DNA of 18,296 nt from a virus (lineage: Duplodnaviria; Heunggongvirae; Uroviricota; Caudoviricetes): the IMG/VR virus record IMGVR_UViG_2529292921_000023; one strand, given 5' to 3'. The notes under the pieces were generated by a model, which was not told where the DNA came from, ran no database searches, and saw only the letters and a program-made list of their open reading frames with translations. The translations under genes and the position numbers were made by a program. Of the stretch, positions 9,650-17,010 are shown piece by piece (position 1 is the stretch's first letter; each line of letters starts with the position of its first letter).

Positions 9650-10018
9650 TCACTTAAATTTCGTCGCACGAATAACGTCAATTCCGTTCTCGCTATATCG
9701 AAGAGGGTGCTTACCATCCCTGAGCAGGACAAAGCCTGACATCCCCTCAGGTAGCTGAGCCAGCTTCATCAACGAACGGTTGCGGGGAGACTTCTTATCG
9801 ACCTCAATGGCACACTGCTGGCCGTCTGATGATGTAACCAGGCAATCAATAAACCCTTTACGACCACCGCTAATGCTGATGCTGAAATTGCGTTGCAGAT
9901 GGTATCCCTGAGACTTGATTTTTTTCTGCATCACATAATCGAAAACGACTTTGTCATCGGAGCGAATGAATTGCTCTTCCAGGAGAGTGATTAAATTTTG
10001 CTTCAGGTCTTCACTCAT
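9650..10018 (-). CDS. VRR-NUC-like PD-(D/E)xK nuclease-fold protein
   Basis: 122 aa. GGRKGFIDCLVTSSDGQQCAIEVDKKSP resembles the VRR-NUC pattern G..G.PD.......IEVK. Confidence 0.45.
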   Translation of the reverse strand: MSEDLKQNLITLLEEQFIRSDDKVVFDYVMQKKIKSQGYHLQRNFSISISGGRKGFIDCLVTSSDGQQCAIEVDKKSPRNRSLMKLAQLPEGMSGFVLLRDGKHPLRYSENGIDVIRATKFK

Positions 10019-10267
10019 ACTTTTTTATCCATCTTGTACTAGCTTTCTGGTACAGCCGTTTTTTCAGGGGTATCCCCCTTTAGATCGAGATCTACCTAAC
10101 CTATGTACCCGTCTGTTGGAAAAGCCTGTTCCAGTGCTTCGCACTAACACACGGGCACTCCTCCCCCTCCCCTCCTCTCATTGAATTTTGTGCGTACTCT
10201 TTAACTAGTACAAAAATGCAATGAGATTTGGGATTCAGCCACCGGACACCTTTAAGCCCGGTACCAA

Positions 10268-10561
10268 TCAGGAGCGCGATTGCGTTCCTGCCAGGGGCGG
10301 CTGAGTTGTATACCCCTGTAAAGCTCTGCCCTGATTTCTCACAAACAAGCGGAGCCTTGTGTTTGCTTCGTGCCTTGCTCTGTTCTCCTTGCGGAATGAA
10401 ACAGGCTCAGCGTCAAAAGTGATTTCGTATACCTCCGCATATTTCAGGGCGACCTTCCGTCTCAGTGACGGAGGCAGCCCCTGTAACTGCTGCTGAATCC
10501 ACTCTTCGTCTGCCTGGCAGTGCCTAGATGGCATCTCTGTCTGAACGTAATTCTGGGACAT
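10268..10561 (-). CDS. Hypothetical early protein in the cII position
   Basis: 97-aa ORF 12 nt downstream of the cro-like gene on the same strand. Low-complexity C-terminus. No family recognised. Confidence 0.5.
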   Translation of the reverse strand: MSQNYVQTEMPSRHCQADEEWIQQQLQGLPPSLRRKVALKYAEVYEITFDAEPVSFRKENRARHEANTRLRLFVRNQGRALQGYTTQPPLAGTQSRS

Positions 10562-10573
10562 ACAAGCCCTTCA

Positions 10574-10846
10574 TCATTCGTTTTTCATAACTGCCGCATT
10601 TGTGGCTGTGTGACTTCTACGTAACAAATCAGGGATTGCATCTTCAGGATGGGGATAAAGATCTGGTCTTAACCCATGAGGAGTAACTTTCCATTCCACA
10701 ACTTCACATACACGCAAGACGAAACGAGCAGGAATTGTTCTTTTTGAAAACCATTGGTTCACAGCTTGCGGCGTAACGCCTAGATTTCGCGCTATGGCAT
10801 TTTGTGCAATTAGCTCACGAAGTGCGTCGTAATCATTTCCTTTCAT
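10574..10846 (-). CDS. Cro/YdaS-like HTH regulator
   Basis: 90 aa with HTH LGVTPQAVNQW and motif WKVTPHGLRPDLYP recalled as typical of YdaS-like Cro proteins. Divergent from the CI-like repressor. Confidence 0.7.
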   Translation of the reverse strand: MKGNDYDALRELIAQNAIARNLGVTPQAVNQWFSKRTIPARFVLRVCEVVEWKVTPHGLRPDLYPHPEDAIPDLLRRSHTATNAAVMKNE

Positions 10847-10980
10847 CGCAACCCACCAATCTAAACTTTATAAATTCAAGATTACATCAAGTTTAAATTA
10901 ACATGCAAGTCCACAAAAGATCGAATACACTAAAATCAAGTAAAAATTTATCGAAACCAAGTAACCAGCAAGGATTAACA
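10847..10980. promoter_or_regulatory. Immunity-region divergent promoter/operator (OR-like)
   Basis: AT-rich 134-bp spacer between divergent cro-like and cI-like genes. Repeated ATCAAGT-type motifs at 10887-10893, 10935-10941 and the variant ACCAAGT at 10956-10962. Confidence 0.5.
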
Positions 10981-11670
10981 ATGAAAAACTTAAAGAGCAC
11001 TGAAAATCGAATTACAAAGCTGCTACAGGAGAAAGGCTGGAGCCAAGCAGAGCTGGCCCGAAAATTAGGTGTCAGCGCACAGTCCGTACAGTACTGGACA
11101 ACAGGAAAAACATTTCCAAGGGGAAACCGGCTTGCCCAGTTATCCGAAATAAGTGGTTATCCGCAATCGTGGTTTTTAGGAGAAATCACGTCACGGCAGT
11201 TCTCTTCAAAGGAAAAACATCAAGCAAGAACTGACAGTGTGGTCTTTAACGTGCTCGATGTTGAGTTTAGTTGCGGCGATGGAACACATGTCCGTGGGGA
11301 CTTTATCGATGTAGTTCGCTCAATCGAGCTTGATCCTGAATATGCCCGTCGCCTTGTTGGCAATAGAGCATTTCAAAACATAGAGATTGGTAACGCAAGA
11401 GGAGATAGTATGGCTCCAACAATAGCCCCAGGAGATCTTCTTTTTCTCGATAAAACAGTGAATTACTTTGATGGTGATGGCATTTATGCTTTTTGCTTTG
11501 ATGGTGAATGCTACGTCAAAAGATTACAAAAGATAGGAAGTAAAATCATGGTGTTATCTGATAACCCAAATTACCAATCCTGGAGCATTGAAAAAGATGC
11601 TCTTGAGCTGCTTTATATCCAATCGAAGGTAATCTCATCTGTTCCATTCAATATAAATAGATTTGGTTAA
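10981..11670 (+). CDS. cI: CI-like repressor (N-terminal HTH-XRE, C-terminal LexA/S24 autopeptidase)
   Basis: HTH (WSQAELARKLGVSAQSVQYW) and S24 Ser/Lys region (GDSMAPTIAPGDLLFLD ... CYVKRL). Start placed at ATG 10981 (AAGGA 6 nt upstream) rather than track start 10903, which has no RBS. Confidence 0.85.
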   Translation: MKNLKSTENRITKLLQEKGWSQAELARKLGVSAQSVQYWTTGKTFPRGNRLAQLSEISGYPQSWFLGEITSRQFSSKEKHQARTDSVVFNVLDVEFSCGDGTHVRGDFIDVVRSIELDPEYARRLVGNRAFQNIEIGNARGDSMAPTIAPGDLLFLDKTVNYFDGDGIYAFCFDGECYVKRLQKIGSKIMVLSDNPNYQSWSIEKDALELLYIQSKVISSVPFNINRFG

Positions 11671-11732
11671 TTATTGATTATTAAAGAAAAATTTACAAAT
11701 CAAGTAAAAGAGACGCAGAAATCAATTTTTTC

Positions 11733-11811
11733 TTGACAACTCCATCAATCAAGATCTAACATCACACCATCAATTTTGACTTGATTTATTGTTAATTTTA
11801 AATTGATGGTG
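11733..11811 (+). promoter_or_regulatory. pL/OL-like promoter-operator region for the early-left operon
   Basis: TTGACA (11733-11738), 18 nt, TAACAT (11757-11762). Perfect 11-bp inverted repeat CACCATCAATT (11765-11775) / AATTGATGGTG (11801-11811) flanks a second candidate promoter TTGACT-17-TAAATT. ATCAAG-type motifs recur. Confidence 0.45.
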
Positions 11812-11816
11812 ATTCA

Positions 11817-12245
11817 ATGAAAGATCTGACAACCGCTGAGATATCGAACTTAAACCACTTCGAAAAAGAATCCTTTGCATTAAATATTGCAAATCTGGTA
11901 GGTGCTGCTCGTACTTTCCATTTAATTGATGGTGATCGCTCTAAAGAATTGGGGTTTGAAGTCATGGAGTTTGTTCATGAATACGCCCTGTCTGCTACTT
12001 ATCCATTACATAATCACATAATCAACAAACAACCAAATAAAATCCGCACCCAACGCGAAGCCTGCGGCTTAACAACCGCCGAACTCGCCAGGCTGCTCGA
12101 TCTCGATGAAGAAATTATCATCCAGTGGGAAAGCGGAGAGTACGAACCAACCATCAGCATGCTTATCCCTCTGGCTAATGTTCTTGGCTGTGATCCAATG
12201 TTGTTATTGACTGATGCTTATAAACAAAATCAGGAGGAAGCATAA
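11817..12245 (+). CDS. Hypothetical protein with C-terminal HTH-XRE domain; first gene of the pL-like operon
   Basis: 142 aa. C-terminal HTH (LTTAELARLLDLDEEIIIQWESGEYEPTISMLIPLANVLG). N-terminal ~80 aa unassigned. Confidence 0.6.
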   Translation: MKDLTTAEISNLNHFEKESFALNIANLVGAARTFHLIDGDRSKELGFEVMEFVHEYALSATYPLHNHIINKQPNKIRTQREACGLTTAELARLLDLDEEIIIQWESGEYEPTISMLIPLANVLGCDPMLLLTDAYKQNQEEA

Positions 12246-12246
12246 G

Positions 12247-12438
12247 ATGAAAATGTTCAAAGGCCTTACCAACGAACCGGAGACAGCTTTTCATCACATT
12301 GCCGTACTGCTTGAAGCGGGGTTAATCATTTCGGCTTCCGGTGATGAAGAATGTGATGAACTTTCGGATGATATCTTTTTACTGGCACAACAATACGCCA
12401 AAAGCGCATGCGATGCATTTAAGGAGCAAAGAACATGA
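12247..12438 (+). CDS. Small acidic hypothetical protein (63 aa)
   Basis: AGGAGG 8 nt upstream of ATG 12247. Track start 12214 overlaps the previous gene and is less likely. Stop overlaps the next start (ATGA). Confidence 0.5.
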   Translation: MKMFKGLTNEPETAFHHIAVLLEAGLIISASGDEECDELSDDIFLLAQQYAKSACDAFKEQRT

Positions 12439-12626
12439 TAACTCCATTAAATATTCTTGAGGAAGTGGCGGCACAAATAAAAGAGAATACATCAATGCTT
12501 GAATTTATATTTAAGAATTCGCCCGACCAAGGAGAGACAGACGATTATTTATGCTGTCTCATTCGCTCCATGAATAAGACCTGTGAAATGGCTTACGAGT
12601 ATATAGAAACACTACGCAACGAATAA
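12435..12626 (+). CDS. Small hypothetical protein (63 aa)
   Basis: AAGGAG upstream; ATGA overlap with the previous gene. Confidence 0.5.
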   Translation: MITPLNILEEVAAQIKENTSMLEFIFKNSPDQGETDDYLCCLIRSMNKTCEMAYEYIETLRNE

Positions 12627-12708
12627 AGAACACTCAGTAAAAAATCACACATAAAAACATGACGGCCTCTGGTCGTGGATTTCCACAACCAGAAAATAAT
12701 GGTGATGC

Positions 12709-12807
12709 ATGAAAAATAGAAACGCTTATAAAACCGCATTATTAATGGCTAATGCAGGATACTGGTCAGTTGCAATACTGTTTCTCAGAAAAGCATACGG
12801 GAAATAA
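12709..12807 (+). CDS. Possible 32-aa hydrophobic peptide
   Basis: Below the ORF-track size cutoff. MKNRNAYKTALLMANAGYWSVAILFLRKAYGK; weak RBS. Confidence 0.2.
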   Translation: MKNRNAYKTALLMANAGYWSVAILFLRKAYGK

Positions 12808-12810
12808 CAA

Positions 12811-13170
12811 ATGGCATGTACAACCATTTATAAAGATCGTCGCCGCATGGTAACAGCGGCACTCCGGCGGATGCAACGTAAAACAGGTAGTAATCTGCTC
12901 GTCGTTGACCTCCCGGACGGAGAAATAACAACGATAGAAATAACTGAACAGTTCATGAACCAGTTGTTATTACGATTTGAGGGTCTTACCCGTGTTGAAT
13001 ATGGACGGACGGAAGGAGAAGCAACAATCCGTACCGCATACCAGAATGCCATCGGTATTAATCAACACACGGAATATCTCACTGAATCAGGGAAACTGAT
13101 AGTGGACGGCCTTTTAAAAGAGGTTGTTGACTACGTAAAAGAGAAATATATCAGTGGAGGAATTAACTGA
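12811..13170 (+). CDS. Hypothetical protein (119 aa)
   Basis: ORF in the operon frame series; stop overlaps the next start (ATGA). Confidence 0.5.
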   Translation: MACTTIYKDRRRMVTAALRRMQRKTGSNLLVVDLPDGEITTIEITEQFMNQLLLRFEGLTRVEYGRTEGEATIRTAYQNAIGINQHTEYLTESGKLIVDGLLKEVVDYVKEKYISGGIN

Positions 13171-13379
13171 TGTCTGATTTATCCCCTCTTATACACGAAA
13201 AAGTACAGATCATTATGACGATTGAAAATGGTCAGGTAATAAATACCCGTAAAGTTCACAATAACGAGATGATTGCCAGCATGGATACCTTCTTATGGAT
13301 AGCAAAGAAAGCGGGATATCAGGTAATCGCTCCTGATCTGGAGGAAATCGGTGACATTAACAGCAATACGAATTCCTGA
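13170..13379 (+). CDS. Hypothetical protein (69 aa)
   Basis: GGAGG about 9 nt upstream; ATGA coupling to the previous gene. Confidence 0.55.
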   Translation: MSDLSPLIHEKVQIIMTIENGQVINTRKVHNNEMIASMDTFLWIAKKAGYQVIAPDLEEIGDINSNTNS

Positions 13380-13572
13380 GTGGGTGCACCTGCAGGCGGT
13401 CCGTGTTCTCCGCCAGTTCAGAGCCAGACGAATTCATCCCTGTCGTATGCACGGCTCCGGAAACCTGAGTCTGAGGGTTAATCGCCGCTGGCGGCTGCTG
13501 TCCCGAGACGGCGGCCAGAACTGGGAAGTAATGAGCCATGAACGATACAGCAAAGTTAAGGACCGGAAATGA
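13351..13572 (+). CDS. Arg-rich small protein (73 aa), GTG start, overlapping the upstream gene end
   Basis: GGAGG 6 nt upstream of GTG 13351. Basic, Arg-rich (SLRVNRRWRLLSRDGG). A competing antisense ORF is low-complexity. Confidence 0.4.
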   Translation: MTLTAIRIPEWVHLQAVRVLRQFRARRIHPCRMHGSGNLSLRVNRRWRLLSRDGGQNWEVMSHERYSKVKDRK

Positions 13573-13605
13573 ACAATAAACCTTCAAACCAAAAGGAGAG
13601 TATTG

Positions 13606-14184
13606 ATGATTAATTCAACCATTACCCCTGAACCTACATTAACAGGCATCCGTTTTGGTAATCGAATTATTGGTTATTCAACTGCGGTTCGCCAGATCGA
13701 CAACGGTAACTATGACAAACGAATTCCGGACGGGCTCGATCTGATAGCTTGCATTATGGAAGGGATTGAAAGCGGCTGGTTTATGCCGTGTATTGAAAAA
13801 CAAATCATCCTATGGCGCTGGCTTGTTGTCGCCGTGTTCATTGCTGAGGAGCAGGAGAAGAACGGGACTGTCGATGTTCAGAATGACAAGGGCGGCGTAG
13901 ATACAGCCGTTGTATACACAGGAAAACCCGGTTCAATCAGCATTTATCCATGGTCTGAGCGCTTCGCGCTCGCTAACCATATCGAGGCGGGCGCAATTGA
14001 AAAATACGGGCCTGACGTTGGCCAGCAGATGGCGCTGCGTATGTATCAGGACATGGTTGTAACTGACGAGAAATGCGGATTCAGGCTGTCAGCGATGGGC
14101 CGGGAGGGACTCAACATACTACATGACAGCTTCATTGAACTGATTCAGAAAGACGGTATGCCAGACATGCCGGTTATGCACTGA
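13606..14184 (+). CDS. Hypothetical protein (192 aa)
   Basis: AGGAG 7 nt upstream of ATG 13606. No motif recognised. Confidence 0.6.
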   Translation: MINSTITPEPTLTGIRFGNRIIGYSTAVRQIDNGNYDKRIPDGLDLIACIMEGIESGWFMPCIEKQIILWRWLVVAVFIAEEQEKNGTVDVQNDKGGVDTAVVYTGKPGSISIYPWSERFALANHIEAGAIEKYGPDVGQQMALRMYQDMVVTDEKCGFRLSAMGREGLNILHDSFIELIQKDGMPDMPVMH

Positions 14185-14195
14185 GGTGGACGAAA

Positions 14196-14942
14196 ATGAA
14201 CATAGTAACGATCAATAACAAACAGCTTCCGGCAGTCGAATATCGCGGTCAGCGTGTTGTGACGCTGGCGATGATTGATGAAGTCCACCAGCGACCGGAA
14301 GGAACAGCGCGTGCAGCATTCAACCGAAACCGTGAGCATTTCATCAGCGGTGTGGATTATGCCGAATTAGGTGCGGACGTAATACGTACGGACCTCCCGG
14401 AAGGAACATTCTCTAAATTTGCACCATCAGGGATTGTACTTTTTGAATCAGGTTACCTGATGTTGACGAAGCCATTCAATGACGCCCTTGCCTGGCAGGT
14501 TCAGCGCGAACTGGTTAACAGCTACTTCCGCACTCGCACACCGCTAACGGAAATCGAGATGATCGCTGCGATAGCCGCCGACGCTGTTCGTCAACAGAAG
14601 CGCCTGAATCATGTGGAAGAACAGCTCGAAACAGTCACAGAAGCGGTGGAAACCATCAAACGCGGAAATATGCGCGCCGGATATGTCGGTTATCGCCAGG
14701 TGGTCGCCAAAAGCGGAATGACTGATGCTAAGTGCCGCAATCTGGTCAATGCCTACAGCATCCCAACCGATACGCACGAATTTATGACACCAGATGGTCT
14801 TCTTTCGCGCCGGGCTATCGTGGAGCTGGAGCCATTCATGAAAGCATTTCATCAGATGATGTCAGAGGCAGAGCCACGTGGTACCCGCTGGTATCACCCG
14901 AAGATGGGGCTGTTTCAGGTGATTGGTTGGGAGGGTAAATAA
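14196..14942 (+). CDS. Phage antirepressor-like protein (ORF6N-type N-terminal domain)
   Basis: N-terminal QLPAVEYRGQRVVTLAMIDEVHQRPEGTARAAFNRNREHFISGVDY resembles the ORF6N antirepressor N-terminal domain (from memory). Confidence 0.5.
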   Translation: MNIVTINNKQLPAVEYRGQRVVTLAMIDEVHQRPEGTARAAFNRNREHFISGVDYAELGADVIRTDLPEGTFSKFAPSGIVLFESGYLMLTKPFNDALAWQVQRELVNSYFRTRTPLTEIEMIAAIAADAVRQQKRLNHVEEQLETVTEAVETIKRGNMRAGYVGYRQVVAKSGMTDAKCRNLVNAYSIPTDTHEFMTPDGLLSRRAIVELEPFMKAFHQMMSEAEPRGTRWYHPKMGLFQVIGWEGK

Positions 14943-15280
14943 TGTCACTCATTACACAAAATTTCCGCCTCAATGCGCTGGCAAATCAGTATGCGGCGGC
15001 ACTGCACAACCACATATCCGCCACCAGCGGTGGTCATTTCCTGATTAATGTCAATGGGCAATCCATACGAGTAAACATCATCGGTGGGGTTAAAGGCATC
15101 AGGGACTTAATCGATGGTTATGCTCTGAAGGCTATCAAAGAAAATTACCCCCAATGGGAAGCCGTTGGTATTCAACTGTTAAGCAAATGCGTTCGTGGAA
15201 ACGAGCTGACGCAAAGCGGCAAAGAAATCTGGCAGAGCATGGTCAACGACATGAGCGATACCGTTATGGGGAACATGTAA
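14942..15280 (+). CDS. Hypothetical protein (112 aa)
   Basis: GGGAGGG upstream; TAATG overlap with the previous gene. Confidence 0.55.
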   Translation: MSLITQNFRLNALANQYAAALHNHISATSGGHFLINVNGQSIRVNIIGGVKGIRDLIDGYALKAIKENYPQWEAVGIQLLSKCVRGNELTQSGKEIWQSMVNDMSDTVMGNM

Positions 15281-15502
15281 ATGAAAATCCAATACCAGGA
15301 CTATGGCGCCGTAGCGAACATCGTGATCACCAGTTCCTGCCTGACATTGCAAAAGCATAACCGCGTTGTTGATGCGGTGCTGTTTAATGTACAGGGGATC
15401 TCTGAAAACCGCAGCGGCTTTTTCTGGGTTAAGTCATCGTTGTCAGGAAAAACACGCGACATCCTGCGCGCCTACAAAATCGTACAGCGGGAGGCAAAGT
15501 GA
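15281..15502 (+). CDS. Hypothetical protein (73 aa)
   Basis: Starts immediately after the previous stop; GGGGAA upstream. Confidence 0.5.
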   Translation: MKIQYQDYGAVANIVITSSCLTLQKHNRVVDAVLFNVQGISENRSGFFWVKSSLSGKTRDILRAYKIVQREAK

Positions 15503-15597
15503 TGAAGTCATTCCTCCTGTCCATACTGTTTAGTCTGCTGCTGGCGTCCGTCGTTTTCGGTACGCTGATTGAATATAAATTTTTAATGAATTACTGA
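15502..15597 (+). CDS. Possible 31-aa single-TMD peptide
   Basis: Below the ORF-track size cutoff. ATGA overlap with the upstream gene. MKSFLLSILFSLLLASVVFGTLIEYKFLMNY. Confidence 0.3.
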   Translation: MKSFLLSILFSLLLASVVFGTLIEYKFLMNY

Positions 15598-15779
15598 GGT
15601 GCGGGGTGGGCAAGATCAAAAACCCAGTTGTACTTATCCATAAGCGAGAAAATAGTGACTCCTACGCCGTTACAATCACCTGCGGTAGCCAGAACTATCA
15701 CGACGCCGTTCTGATGGCGTCGATGGAACTGGATATGAGTGACGATGATGTCGATACCTAGAGTAAAACAGGCTATTAC

Positions 15780-16235
15780 ATGGCTGAAGAAATCGAGCGA
15801 CTGAAACAAGCACTTTCCGCTGCGGAAAATAATCTGATTGATTCCGAATGCCTCGTAGCTGAATTAAGCAAAGCAAAGGATCACGCATATGGGCTGGTCG
15901 ACACATACGACTGGCAACGTCAGCGTCTCCACGCAGCCGCTGAGAAAGTCCTCAAATGGTGCAGACAAGAAGCTGAACACCGTACCGGCGATCCAGAGAA
16001 AGCAGAAAACTATGCGTGCGTTAAAGAACTACGCGACGCATTAACTTTTTGCAAAAGTTCTGAAAGCAGCAAGAAGAAAGGCCTGACTATCACCCTGCCC
16101 GATATCACATCAAAGGCATTCTGGAGCGGTACCGGAAAAAACGCAAAATTCCATCCGGCAACCTATAAACGCTGGGTGAAAGAAGCTATTAAACGGGATT
16201 GTGTTATTGCCGGGATCGGCGTGGAGGTGAAATGA
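15780..16235 (+). CDS. Hypothetical protein (151 aa)
   Basis: Protein-like composition with coiled-coil-like N-terminus; weak RBS. Confidence 0.5.
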   Translation: MAEEIERLKQALSAAENNLIDSECLVAELSKAKDHAYGLVDTYDWQRQRLHAAAEKVLKWCRQEAEHRTGDPEKAENYACVKELRDALTFCKSSESSKKKGLTITLPDITSKAFWSGTGKNAKFHPATYKRWVKEAIKRDCVIAGIGVEVK

Positions 16236-16318
16236 TGAATTGGCCTGAAGCATTCACCGCAGTAGGAGTTGCAATAGCGGTGGCATTTATTCTGTATTCG
16301 CTTTTCCGCTGGGGATAA
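16232..16318 (+). CDS. Possible 28-aa hydrophobic peptide
   Basis: Below the ORF-track size cutoff. ATG overlaps the upstream stop. MMNWPEAFTAVGVAIAVAFILYSLFRWG. Confidence 0.25.
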   Translation: MMNWPEAFTAVGVAIAVAFILYSLFRWG

Positions 16319-16322
16319 AGGA

Positions 16323-16565
16323 ATGTTCGCTCTGATTCAACGTGGTCAGATATACACCGATAGTGCTGGCTACCCGATAAAAATTATTCGCTGCATAAAC
16401 AACACTGTGTTGTACAGAAGAATGGATGGGCGAACACAGTCGGTAAAAATAAACGATTTTAATGAACTGTTTGAACGGATCGATCACCAGGAATACCGAC
16501 AAATTCTGGCAGAAACAGAGCAGGAAGCTCATCTGAAAAAATTACGAGCCATGAAAAGGAAGTAA
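16323..16565 (+). CDS. Hypothetical protein (80 aa)
   Basis: AAGGA upstream of ATG. Confidence 0.5.
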   Translation: MFALIQRGQIYTDSAGYPIKIIRCINNTVLYRRMDGRTQSVKINDFNELFERIDHQEYRQILAETEQEAHLKKLRAMKRK

Positions 16566-16568
16566 AGA

Positions 16569-16715
16569 ATGAATAAAGCATTTGAACGATGGGTCCACCA
16601 GCGTTACGGCAATCGCTATGACCTGACACGAGATGTTGACGGTTTCTACTGTCGTGAAATTGTGAAACGAATGTTTGAAGTGTGGTGCCACTGCCGTGGG
16701 CTGAGTGTTGTGTGA
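16569..16715 (+). CDS. Small Cys-containing hypothetical protein (48 aa)
   Basis: Below the ORF-track size cutoff. AGGAAG 7 nt upstream. MNKAFERWVHQRYGNRYDLTRDVDGFYCREIVKRMFEVWCHCRGLSVV. Confidence 0.4.
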   Translation: MNKAFERWVHQRYGNRYDLTRDVDGFYCREIVKRMFEVWCHCRGLSVV

Positions 16716-16722
16716 GGTTGGC

Positions 16723-16977
16723 ATGCAGACAATCATCTATCAGATAACCCCCAGCAAATGGTGTACGGAGAGAGTCCTCATTGCATCAACAGGGCTAAAG
16801 CCTGGCACCATTGAGCGGGCAAGAAGAAAGTCATGGATGCAGGGAAAAGAATACCGCCATTACGCTGTAGAAGGTGATCCGGGGCACTACAGTGAATGCC
16901 TGTACAACATCGAAGAAATTATGCGATGGATCGAAAACCAGAAACAACCAGGTGCCAAAAATGCAAGTTCCGGTTAA
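16723..16977 (+). CDS. xis: Excisionase-like protein
   Basis: Immediately upstream of int. Pattern like lambda Xis (W, Arg cluster, GKEY versus GREY). GAGG 7 nt upstream of ATG 16723. Confidence 0.55.
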   Translation: MQTIIYQITPSKWCTERVLIASTGLKPGTIERARRKSWMQGKEYRHYAVEGDPGHYSECLYNIEEIMRWIENQKQPGAKNASSG

Positions 16978-17010
16978 CCTGTTAATGCTCCTGGACGTCT
17001 GGGAGGTTTA

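Noticed and set aside
9951-10422. Plus-strand ORFs 9951..10184 and 10228..10422
   Set aside because: They run through the non-coding island and antisense to the cII-position gene; Pro/Ser/Leu-rich, no RBS.
13357-13587. Minus-strand 76-codon ORF
   Set aside because: Low-complexity product on the strand opposite the operon; the overlapping plus-strand ORF has a strong RBS.
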